A stretch of DNA of 64,000 nt from Heterodontus francisci. Its lineage: Eukaryota. The stretch lies in NCBI RefSeq assembly GCF_036365525.1, contig NC_090372.1, positions 67,233,132 to 67,297,131 of the forward strand. The letters are read 5' to 3'. Position numbers and translations under genes: made by a program. Below, piece after piece: positions 13,131 through 23,842 of the stretch. The notes under the pieces are model-generated. The model made no database searches, had not been told where the DNA came from, and saw only the letters and a list, made by a program, of their open reading frames with translations. Within the stretch, counting starts at the first letter, position 1. Each line of letters opens with the position of its first letter.

Positions 13131-13453
13131 CACAGGCCCTTCAGCCCACCGAGTCTGTGCCGACCATCAACCACCCATTTATACTAATCCTACACTAATC
13201 CCATATTCCTACCACATCCCCACCTGTCCCTATATTTCCCTACCACCTACCTATACTAGGGGCAATTTATAATGGCCAATTAACCTATCAACCTGCAAGT
13301 CTTTGGCATGTGGGAGGAAACCGGTGCACCCGGAGGAAACCCACGCAGACACAGGGAGAACTTGCAAACTCCACACAGGCAGTACCCAGAATTGAACCCG
13401 GGTCTCTGGAGCTGTGAGGCTGCGGTGCTAACCACTGCGCCACTGTGCCGCCC
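13131..13453 (-). mobile_element. HE1 SINE
   Basis: Near-identical reverse complement of 32719-33076. Confidence 0.92.
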
Positions 13454-14350
13454 AAGACCAGATATACTAGCACAAATAAATTTTATCAGACTCTAGATTC
13501 TATACAGTAATTTTTTTAACAATACTGTAAGTCAGAAACAATTTTTTAAGCATTTACAAAACAAAAACTAATTACTAACGAAAAGCCTTTATTAAATGCT
13601 GCAAGGTACATAGTCTACCATTTCCCTGCTGGCTTCCTCCTCTCAGCACCTGCAGAGAAGTCACAGACTGAATTTAAATATCATGAAGTTTCCATGGAGG
13701 ATAGATGGAGATAGATGACGTCAATGTGAACTACAAATACTGAATGACTCAGAATGGGAATGATAACTGCAGTTAGCACTAGAAACTGTGGATAATAAAC
13801 TGACCTAATTAAACACACTGGAAAATAACTGATAATATTTAGTGTTATTAAAGCTCTCTTCCAAAAGTATGTCATAGCTCATTTTTAAATTAGAGGAAAT
13901 TTATTCAATGAATGGATTCTATATACAAAATATTTGAATTGAGAGATATTTCATTTAACACAGCCATTGGTTCTGATTTTAATTTCGCAAACTGCTGGGA
14001 GTGGAGGGTGAGGGATGTCCAATAGTGCATAGTAAACCCAGAAGTAAGTTCAGTGCATCTGTCACTGGCTTTTTAACCCAGCCACCTTATTATAATTTTA
14101 CCTCTGTGTTTCCCATCTAATCAGTGACAATGAGTGTGATGTTTTCCCATATGACATAATCTTAACTCCACTATTTACAGAGAAGATCTAAACATGCAAC
14201 TTGAAGGAGTTTGGAGCTAAAGAAAGAAAGATGTACATTTCTATAGTGCCTTTCACAAACACAGTTCATCCCAAAGTGCTTTACAGCCAATGAAGCACTT
14301 TTGAAGTTGAGGAAAAAGAGAGAAGAAGAAAGTAGCAGAATTGGGTCCAG

Positions 14351-15810
14351 ATGGGCAAAGGCTGCACCTCATTTTGTGATGCCTCCCTGGTTGTGCTGCT
14401 GTGGGTTGTGAGGAGTGAGAGAGAGAGATTTTTTCAAATCAGCAGGAGGTAGAAGGCTGCCGTCGAGACCAGGAAGGTGTGGTTGGAGGTAACTGAGGCG
14501 GTCAGCAGCAGGGATGTCGTGTCATGCTCCTGGATTCAGTGCAGAAAGTGCTTTAATGACCTAAGCAGGTCAGGAAAGCTGTGTTCAGTGGCAGATTCAC
14601 CTAGGTCTTTATACCACCTTATACCCCCTCATTCTACCTTGTCAAGCCTACTGCAGTTTGGGCTTACCTTGTGGGTGTACCTATCCTTTTTCTAGGGACT
14701 TCCTCACATCCCCATCAATCCATCCACCACTCCCACTCACCGTCATCCTTATGCAATGTCATGCCCCTCCCTCAGTCACATTCACCAAATGCACTCCATC
14801 CACTGGATGAGCACATGCTATTACACTCACTCATACAACTGTTTTTTCCCTCCTTGCAGGACAAAAGAGCACAGAATATCAGAGAGTGGGAAAGAACCAC
14901 TGGGGGCCCTGCAAACATCCCTCAGCTGACAAGTACAGAGGAGGAGGCACGAAGATCAGTGGAGTTTCAGCATTGCTGGCCCTTGGGGATGGGGAGACGG
15001 GGTGCTCCCAGCTACCAGTGAGACAATTAAACGAAAACCACCCATATTCATATGAGTGCACAGTCATGTTAATGTGATTTCTAAAGCAAGTGAACCTTCA
15101 TAATGATAACTTGCGTATTAGAGCACAGGACACTCCGACCTTTGCTCAGCTGGACACAGATGCTGTACCCCGCAGGCTATCAATGAAAAGGAGCATCAAG
15201 GAGCAACAGCAAATATTGTGTGATGCACTGATAGGCCTTCAAAGTAGACTCACCACGATTACAGCGAGAAGTCCACTGCAAGCATGAGTGGGTTGGTGCC
15301 ATAGACCAATTAGTTGCTGTGTTCTTGCATGGACAGAACGGTCAGCACAATGGATCATCATACACTTCAATCAACTAGTCCATGCACGCCTTCAACACGA
15401 CCATGCAGACTCTGGATGTCAACATGTCCACTGCCTTAAATAAGATGACAGATAACTTAGCCTTGGCCTTACAGAGCCGCACGGATCTGCACCAAAGTGT
15501 TATTCAGCAGGGTGCTAGTGGTGCAATGCGGGTGGACCATGAGAGGGATGATGGTGGAAGGAAGGGACGTTTTCTCATGCACGGCTCACTTCTCAGTCAA
15601 TAACCCATATGCTGCCTCATCTTCGGATGGCTGAGTCTGCCCATTGCATGGGTAGAGCAGTCTTTGGTGGGGCCCTCGTGGGCTCCAAATCCCGGAGGAT
15701 GTCAACCAAGAGCATCACAGCAGTTACGGCGGGAATGTGAGCATCCTGCCTCTCCCTCTGCTGAAGCCACACAGGTTTCACCATATAGGAATAGCAGGAA
15801 AAGGAAGAGC
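14351..15810 (+). pseudogene. Harbinger Myb/SANT-like DNA-binding protein, decayed, with introns
   Basis: WLEVTEAV...SWIQCRKCFNDL trihelix motif; acceptor TCCTTGCAG near 14859 followed by DKRAQN. Confidence 0.7.
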
Positions 15811-16039
15811 AAAACTTTGCAGTCAGAGAAAATGTTGTTTTGATAGATTTTTGTTATTTATTTAAATCATATAAATGTTATGCTTTTTCACATTTTGTCC
15901 ATTCTTGGGTGCTTGGCGGTAAATGGCCTCCTAATTTGTTTGATGTGAGAATATGAAGTGATGGCGACCAATGCGGGGATGTTTAAGGGGTGGTTGGTTG
16001 GTTTCAGGACTGCTATGTGTCAGTGCCATTGGTGGAGGG

Positions 16040-17179
16040 TGCAATAAATCGGACTTTTAATAAATGATATTTCTCAGAATAGTATAGAATTTTTATGGAA
16101 ATAGTAAGCATAGTATGAGACTACCTGCAGAAAAGTTGTTTTTTCGCTCTCTTTCTCTCTCCAAAGGGACACAGAAGCAGTACTTAGCAGCCAGGGACAT
16201 CACTAGTATAAACAAAGATGGGGGCCAAGGAGTATGACATTCCTGAGTTTGACATATAGAAGCCACTAGACACTATAGACATTCTTAAGCTGATAAGAGT
16301 GAGTCTTCTGAAGCCTTGTGTACCCCCTTATCTATACACGTGTCCAGTAAAGGCTAACAAATGGTCCCAGCATGAGATAAACTGAAAGACCAATGAACCC
16401 AACTGTGCTACAATGAATGCTATAGGAGTACCAGATGTGTGATCGAACAAGCCATTGGCATGCTGAAGATGTGCTTAAGGCATCTGGAGAGTTCTGCACA
16501 ACATTGTGCAACAGTGAGGCATGAACCTGCAGCAGGAACAAGCAAAGAGCTGAGATCCTCCTTGGGTGATTCAGAAGGAGAAGAGGAAGAAGAAGAGGAG
16601 GATGATGATGATGAAGGCAAAGCAACCCCAGCTGCTCACGTTGCTGTCTGGGATGCTAGGGATGCTAAAGTGATGGACAACGGGGAGGTGACCACCCCAA
16701 CACCACGGGTACCTGCCCAGTAGCCATTGGTTAGAAACGGTTGAACAAGTGATTGACATACAGTGAACAACAGCTCCCAAAAATAAGGTATATCAATGGA
16801 TGGTCAGAGCAAAAGAGGAACGCCCTCACCTGGCAGAAGACTAACACCTCGGCAACTCGAGGAGGCAAAGGACAAAGAGAGAGAGACGGAGATGGCTGTT
16901 AGCACACAGACAGGAGGTTGCTACTTCCAGCTGCAGAGATCAGCTACAAAGAGACTCTCACTCCCAGCTGCAGAGATTGGTTACATTCACTTGCTCATTC
17001 TCAGAGATCGGAAAACTGTTCTCATCAGTCACGGGTCGAGTACTTGTCCTGTCTTGTTAGCTTATGCATCATATCCAAACTGTTGCTTCTTAATAAACTT
17101 AATAAATTACTTTAAAATCACTTATGAGTTCTCGACTGCCTATTTGGGTATTCTGTGACTCCTGAACCTAAATCTTACA
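16040..17179 (+). mobile_element. Solo LTR inserted between the two Harbinger genes
   Basis: TG...CA ends (left boundary inferred), TATAAA near 16208, tandem AATAAA 17092-17106; possible degenerate TSD GAGGG/GGGGG. Confidence 0.6.
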
Positions 17180-17553
17180 GGGGGCATGGAGGAAGACTGG
17201 CCACTGTAGTTTCTGGTGATGTGCTTGTGACATGAATCCACTGGTGCAACATAAGTGAACCTTGCATTAACAAGGGCATCCCTAGCATCCCAGACAGCAA
17301 CGTGAGCAGCTGGGGTTGCTTTGCCTTCATCATCATCATCCTCCTCTTCTTCTTCCTCTTCTCCTTCTGAATCACCCAAGGAGGATCTCAGCTCTTTGCT
17401 CGTTCCTGCTGCAGGTTCATGCCTCACTGTTGCACAATGTTGTGCAGAACTCTCCAGATGCCTTAAGCACATCTTCAGCATGCCAATGGCTTGTTCGATC
17501 ACACATCTGGTACTCCTATAGCATTCATTGTAGCACAGTTGGGTTCATTGGTC
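16388..17553. repeat. 278-bp inverted repeat (arms 16388-16665 and 17276-17553)
   Basis: Arms are reverse complements with one mismatch found by eye; ORF track gives the same peptide on opposite strands. Confidence 0.95.
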
Positions 17554-18270
17554 AGGTTTCTGACAGGTGTCATCAGGCAAGTTTGCAGTTGGTATCTCTT
17601 GTCACCTAGCAGCTCCCATTAAGTCTGCTTGCAGGTGCAAAGAGATCAGGGATCTTGGACTGCCGCAGGACGAAGGATTATGGCAGCTGCTGACAATCTT
17701 GTACATACCTGCATGAAGATCTTTATGTGGTTGCACGACCAGCTGCACATTGATGGAGTGTAAGTGATTGATGGGTACTCCTGCTTGTTCTGGGGTGCCA
17801 TGCGTGTGCACCTGTGGGAAGACAGATAGAGCTGCAAAGCTCTGACTGGCATCATCAGTGACAAAGTTGACATAATTGCCAGTCCTGACAAACAAGTCAT
17901 CATTCTTATGCATTTGTGTGTGGCCAGCTGGAGGATCCTGCATATGTCTGTGGGAGAACCCTGGAAGGATCCATCGGCAAAATCGTTAAGGGCAGTGGTG
18001 ACTTTGACAGCCACTGGTAATGAATGGCCACCAGGTGCAGCAAGCAGCAGGTCTTCTTCTGGAAGGCTGCAGATGTCTGATACCACATGATGTGACTCCT
18101 GATCCTTCTGATACACTGGTTTTCAGACATGTCAAGGAAACTGATTCTCTGCCTGAACCCCTGTTTCATGGGTAGCTGCAAGCTGCATGTTTCTGCTGGT
18201 CCCCTCTCTGCTGTGCACCTACAGGTCTATGAACATCAGCCTACTGTGGGTGCTGTTGCTGGTCATATTG
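17240..18270 (-). pseudogene. HARBI1-like Harbinger DDE transposase, decayed
   Basis: GGHSLPVAVKVTTALNDFADGSFQ, HSINVQLV, IEQAIGMLKM and acidic tail; frameshifts and deletions. Confidence 0.85.
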
Positions 18271-18373
18271 GTCCTCATAGAATCATAGATTAGCCATGAT
18301 CTCACTGAATGGCAGAACAGGTTCGAGAGGCTAAATGGCCTCCTCCTGTTCCTATGTTCCTATCCTAGATTAT

Positions 18374-18747
18374 TTTTTTATTTCCAAAATATACTTTATT
18401 CATAAAAACAGTTCCAAAAAGCACCAAGTCAAACAATACAAAGAGTGCAAAAGAGATCAGTTTCCTTCAATACAGGAGTGAGTTGCCTCACAACACTTCC
18501 ATTTCATTTTACATGCCATGTACATTTTACAGCAAACAAATATTTTCCGGCTACAGTTCGAGGGGTTTTCCACGGATCCAGCCCTTCCGTTCAGCTTGGT
18601 GGAGGAGACCTTACACAGTGGTCTTTCCCCATTGAGCCTTTGCCGCGGCTGCCCCAAGCATTAGTGCGTCCTTCAGCACGTAGTCCTGGACCTTGGAATG
18701 TGCCAGTCTGCAACATTCGGTCATGGACAACTCTTTGCGCTGGAAGA
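18374..18747 (-). mobile_element. 5'-truncated Tx1-like LINE 3' end
   Basis: Minus strand reads VFQRKELSMTECCRLAHSKVQDYVLKDAL...WGKTTV*, AATAAA and poly-A; TSD CCTAGATTAT (18364-18373, 18748-18757). Confidence 0.75.
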
Positions 18748-19504
18748 CCTAGATTATATCAGCCCCCTCAATTGCCGCTGTGTACTTGACTTAGTTTCAC
18801 TGGTGAGTTTCAGGATGTCTGGGAAACCCACACATCTCACATTAAAGTGAAAGCCGTGTGTCAGCATTGTGCTAATTGAGCAATTAGCATATGGAAATTG
18901 CTACCCCTCCCCTCCGAGGGGATGCTCGCAAGAAGTTTAATGCCCCGGAGTCAAATGCGGAAGTCAGCGGGTTAGAGCCAGTTTCCCAAGGTGCTGTCGG
19001 TTTTGCTGGTTTTGACACCTCACCCACACCCACGCAATCTTCCACATTGAAATTCGGCCCATTCACTCTAATCTGGTTATCTAATGCAACCAGATTAATA
19101 TGACACAAATTGTTTTGAAGTGCTTTTACACTCATCGGTTTTTGCCCCTGTTTGGGGACAGCAATATCCATCTGCTACTCTCCTTATTCTTTTGGGTGTT
19201 GTGGGGATGGGAACCAGACTCCATAGTTGATTTGAGATCAGATGTATGATACGAAGACCCAGAGTGCTAATGCTTGAAAGCCACTCCATGCATTAATGTT
19301 GCTGGTATAGATAACCTTAGCACAGTCTATACTATTGTTGATTCTCTGTAAGTGTATATAGGTTTGCAACTGATCATGGGAGAAGCACGTTTCTGTAGCT
19401 GGCTGCACTCCTGTATTAAAAGCAGTTTGAAAGTGCCCTCCTTTTCTGCTTTTCTACACATTTTTTCTGAAGATCAAAACTCTATCGCAGAGATTAAAAT
19501 GTAA

Positions 19505-19986
19505 GGTCTGATTTTCAATCGGTGGGTTAGCAGTGTTGTGAGTTAGAAACTCACTCAGGCTTTTCTTAATTGCTGAATCTCATTTAAATCCCATTGACCA
19601 ACTTCCAGCTGGGAATGGGCAGGAAGCAGTTCCTCACCGACACCAGATAGATGGCAGGAATGACTTGGGGGCCTGATCTTACGGGCCCCACAATCAGGCC
19701 CCACAAGGAAAGTTCAAAAAATATTGTTTAGGACGTTTCTGGCTGGAGCTCCCCTTCCCGCTCAGGACACCAGTTAAAATTGCCGTCATATCCCAGTGAA
19801 GTCACTGGGACCTGACATGAATATATGAGGACAGACCCCACCAGCACTGAGCAGGTGGCATGGTGCATGCTTAGTACAGTAGGTTAAAATTTGGAACAGT
19901 GACTTCATGGCAGGTAAGTAAACTGGTTGATTTTCATTGCCCACCTGACCAATTTCCTCAGGTGGGGAGGGCTAAAACTGCCCCCA
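19505..19986. mobile_element. Decayed Harbinger-type MITE
   Basis: GGTCTGATTTT...AAAACTGCCCC degenerate TIRs. Confidence 0.45.
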
Positions 19987-20011
19987 CAGTAGCAGATGCA
20001 TCCTTTAACAC

Positions 20012-20863
20012 TAAAATAAAAGCAAAATAATGCAGATGCTCAAAATCTGAAATAAAAACAGAAAGTGATGGAAATATCAGCAGGTCTGGCAGCATCTGAG
20101 GAGAGAGAAACAGAGTTAACGGGCTGGATTTTACTTCAGGCAGACAGGAATTCACCTCCGACGTGAAAGTCGGTGGCGAACCCGCTTCCGCCGAGCCCAG
20201 GGATCTGTCCCGCATTTTGCCCCCCACTTGAGGGAGGAGGTCCTGCCTCAGTGAGCTGCCGGCCAATCAGCAGGCTGGCAGCTCTTAGTCTCAGCAGTGC
20301 CACCAGGAGTGTTGGCCACATGCAGGGACTACAGCCCAGCCAAACTCATGGATCCAGGAGGGAAGATAAGTAGGGGCATGCCTCACCAGGGGGATCAGTC
20401 CTTTCTTGGTGAGGTTGCAGTGGTCGTTTTCGGGGAGGGGGGTTGGCTTGGGTCCCGGGGTTTAGTTGGGAGGTGGGGGCTGCCCTCAATCGGGCACTCT
20501 GTACTTGATTGCCATGCCACCCCCCCCCCCCCCCCCACACCGGGGCACAGAAAGGCCGGCAGCTAGCGCTGGGTGGCCTTTCACATCTCCAGCACGCCCA
20601 CTTGCCACTGGTAAAATACCCGTGGAGGTGGGCGAGGGCCCTTAAGTGGCCGTTAAGTGGCCACTTGTTTGTTTCCCACCCATTGCCCAATGCCGTAAAC
20701 TTGGCCAGAGACGGAAGCGGGGTGGGTAGGCCTCCCAGAGCCTCCCGCTCAATTTTACGCTACCCCCACATCACCATCCGACCCGCTGGGACAGCATAGA
20801 ATTCAGCCCAACATTTCAGGTCTGTGACCTTTCATCTGAACCCAGAACCCAGTTCTGATGAAA
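20012..20863 (-). mobile_element. Short Penelope-derived element split by a MITE
   Basis: Matches the terminal region of the Penelope copy at 60887; 13-bp TSD CATCCTTTAACAC (19999-20011, 20864-20876). Confidence 0.8.
20121..20809. mobile_element. Complete Harbinger-type MITE
   Basis: TIRs GGGCTGGATT / AATTCAGCCC; TSD AAC. Confidence 0.88.
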
Positions 20864-23842
20864 CATCCTTTAACACACTGATTCTGCACACTAATACAGT
20901 TGATTTCTGCAAATGGATATTGTTTACAAAGCAAGGTAAGAAAGCACAAGTCTTGCTACCAGAACCAAAGTACAGCGGATGCCAAGTATATTAGGACTCA
21001 AGGACAGGAAGTTATTAGGACCTCATTCAAAGTCTTTGCATATACATGCTACAGAGAAATTGCATGCGCTATACAAATAAATGCTTCTCAGACTTATACA
21101 CCAGATGCACATAACTTAACCAAGTAATTCACAATGCTGATCTGTGCAAATTGTCACATTGATAAGGTTTCAAAGCCCACGAAATAGGGAATTTCACACA
21201 AAGTTATCAGTTAACAGGGAAGGCCACCTCCTTTAGGCCCCAGAAGAAAATTTTCAGTCTCTCCTGCTGCAGTCTCATCACCTTCCACACCACCACGCCC
21301 GCTCCCCACCCCAATACCAATTGTGGGGAATCTGTGGAACGGTCTGGTAGTTGATCCAGGGATTTACGTGCTCGGTATGCAGCACAAATTTAGTGCCACT
21401 TCCTGCCAACCTCTCTCTTGATATGGCCTGTGGCATTTAAATGAGGCCCACATTTAAATACCTTGAGCCTCTTTTTGTTCCAGAGCAGGTGAGTTTTGAA
21501 TTGACATCAAAACTCACTCACCAAAAACTGGCCTCCAGTTAAAATGGGGACCAATTACTCCATTTCGAAGAATTATGGAGGGCTAGATTTTCACGAGCTT
21601 TCTTCTGATCACCATGAGATGAGCAGTCAGTCCATGGGAACCCCAGAAAAAACTGTAAATGCCATTTACACTATTTCTCCAGCGTTTTGCAGATCTTCCA
21701 CTGAAGTTATTGTGAACAATCAGGGGATGCCCAGAGAAAATCTTAGCAAAATCAAATACTAATGGGGATGAAACTATATTTGTAATGACAAAATTAGAAT
21801 TTGCCATACTGTCATTGGTTGAATACATACATGTTCCAACCAGTCAATTGCCAGACATCATTTTACACATTGATATCACAGGAAGAAGTTCAAGAAGAAC
21901 TGCACAGACCTGATAGTTTAAAAGTTTAATTGATGGATTCAAGTAAGTAACACTAAACTTGAGATCCCGATAAGGCAGAGCCTTAAATTGCTGGGTCATA
22001 TTAGTAAAATTTCTTTATAGTCACTGTTAGCTTTGGAGGAATTGCACAGATTCAAATGATTATCTGATGATATAATCACATTACCATTCACATCTGCCAC
22101 TAAAAATGTTGTAAGCTTGATCATTTATTCTATCTCATTGAATCTAAATGCTCATCTATTGCTATTACAGTTAAGGTTGAAACAGAGATTTAGAAAATGA
22201 AATACATATGGAAGGGGAAGAATTTCTCTGATCGCTATGTACAGCCAAATAACAAATAGGTTATTTTGGAACATATTTACAATATCATTACTGTAATGAC
22301 CAGAGCAATTCCTCCCCCATGGAGGTTGCTATGGATTTAGATGTATATGCTTTTGCCAAAAGGTTTTACACTGAAAAATGTAGTGTATGGTGAATTACTA
22401 GATTGTTTTCAATAAACACCCAAATAACAAAGAGAAATGGCAAGCAAGACTACCAAAGGAATGCAAAAAAAAGTGACCAAAATTCTCATTAACCAGCACC
22501 AGTTGACAAGGTCTATTTGAAGAAGTAAGAGTTAATAAGACCAGTTTAAAGAAACATGGTTAAATGGTCCGGTAAGGCAATACAAAGTGAAACAAATAAG
22601 AAAAATAAATGTGACAATGCTTGGAGGGAAAGCAGTGAGAGAAACCAGTTACAGGATCATCAAAAATTGGTTTTAAAAAAGGTCATCACATGATGTATAT
22701 GCTGTCATTTGTGCTATAGCAAACTAAAACTTTCCCAGTCCCAGAGGCTGCTTACCATGCTATGTTGAAGCAGGTGCCCAAAGCCTTTTCCCTTCCGCCT
22801 CTCAAGACGCGTTCCCCAAGGGAGGTGAGAATCATGTCAAGAGACTGCTGAAAAAATGCAAATTAGTGTGAAGCTGGAAAACTGGCAGGCCTCAGGAGCA
22901 CTGGGATGGGGCAGGCACAAAGCCCATCATGCCAAGTTTACAATTGTATTCTGCCAGAGTGGAAAATCCCGAAGTATGTTACACATGTAGCTGCTCATCT
23001 TGAAAGGAAAATTGACGGTTCATTACCATTATGGACTGATTGCACAGATGTTTGTTTCCTTATATAGTCTAAAGTAAGTTACATTCAGCAATGTTCTGCA
23101 TTGCCAACACCGATGAATGTTAGTGTTTAAAGGAGTTGAAGAAGTAGCAACATCAGCCAGTGATTTTAGCACTATTCCATGTTTTCTGCCCTGTGAGAAA
23201 AGAACTTATTATCACTAATGCTCCATCAATATTTTAAAGCTGACAGCTTAATTATGCCAATTAAAGGTGTGTTAATTCCTCATAATATCAATTTATGCTG
23301 TTTTATATTTTATGCAATGAAACCTCTACTGGCACCTCTTACTGTCAATCTAAATTTGAGTTACGAGGTGGAAGTTTTTGGATTTAGTCCCTGTCTAAAC
23401 AGCAGAACCATTGGCAGGTCAGGTACCCGTTGATTTAACACCAGGCTTTGCCGAGTCTCTTTAACTAAGCCATGGAATTAGCATCCCACCTCCAGGATCT
23501 CTGGCCTATCAGGGAGGATGGGCGGGCTGATGCACTGGATCTGTCAAAGCGACCCCGACATGGGTTAGAATACGTCAACTGGACATGGATTTTTGAGGCT
23601 GCAGCAACCACAGGAATGGAGAGGAGACCTGAGAAGGCTGCTGTCCAAGTCTCTCACTCTTACCTTGAGGTCCTGCGGCAGGATCTGAGGGACTGCAGTG
23701 AGGTGATCTTTCCCAGGAAGAGGAGGAAAAATACAGCCTCTCCAACCAAGCAGGCAACCACACAAGTGGCCAATGATATCAACAGCAGAAGTGTGGGCCC
23801 TGCAACTGGAGACAGTGCACCAAGAGGATCGAGGACCTCAGG

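Larger units (their letters stand above)
13969..19060. mobile_element. Full-span decayed PIF/Harbinger transposon (element A) with nested insertions
   Basis: Imperfect TIRs GGTTCTGATTTTAAT / ATTGAAATTCGGCCC, 3-bp TSD ATT (13966-13968, 19061-19063), convergent Myb-like and transposase remnants. Confidence 0.8.

Noticed and set aside
13621-13651. Possible 31-nt minus-strand exon
   Set aside because: Weak donor and not phase-compatible with the other candidates
17240-18270. Host HARBI1 gene
   Set aside because: Frameshifted and enclosed by TIRs and a TSD with a Myb partner, so a transposon and not the domesticated gene
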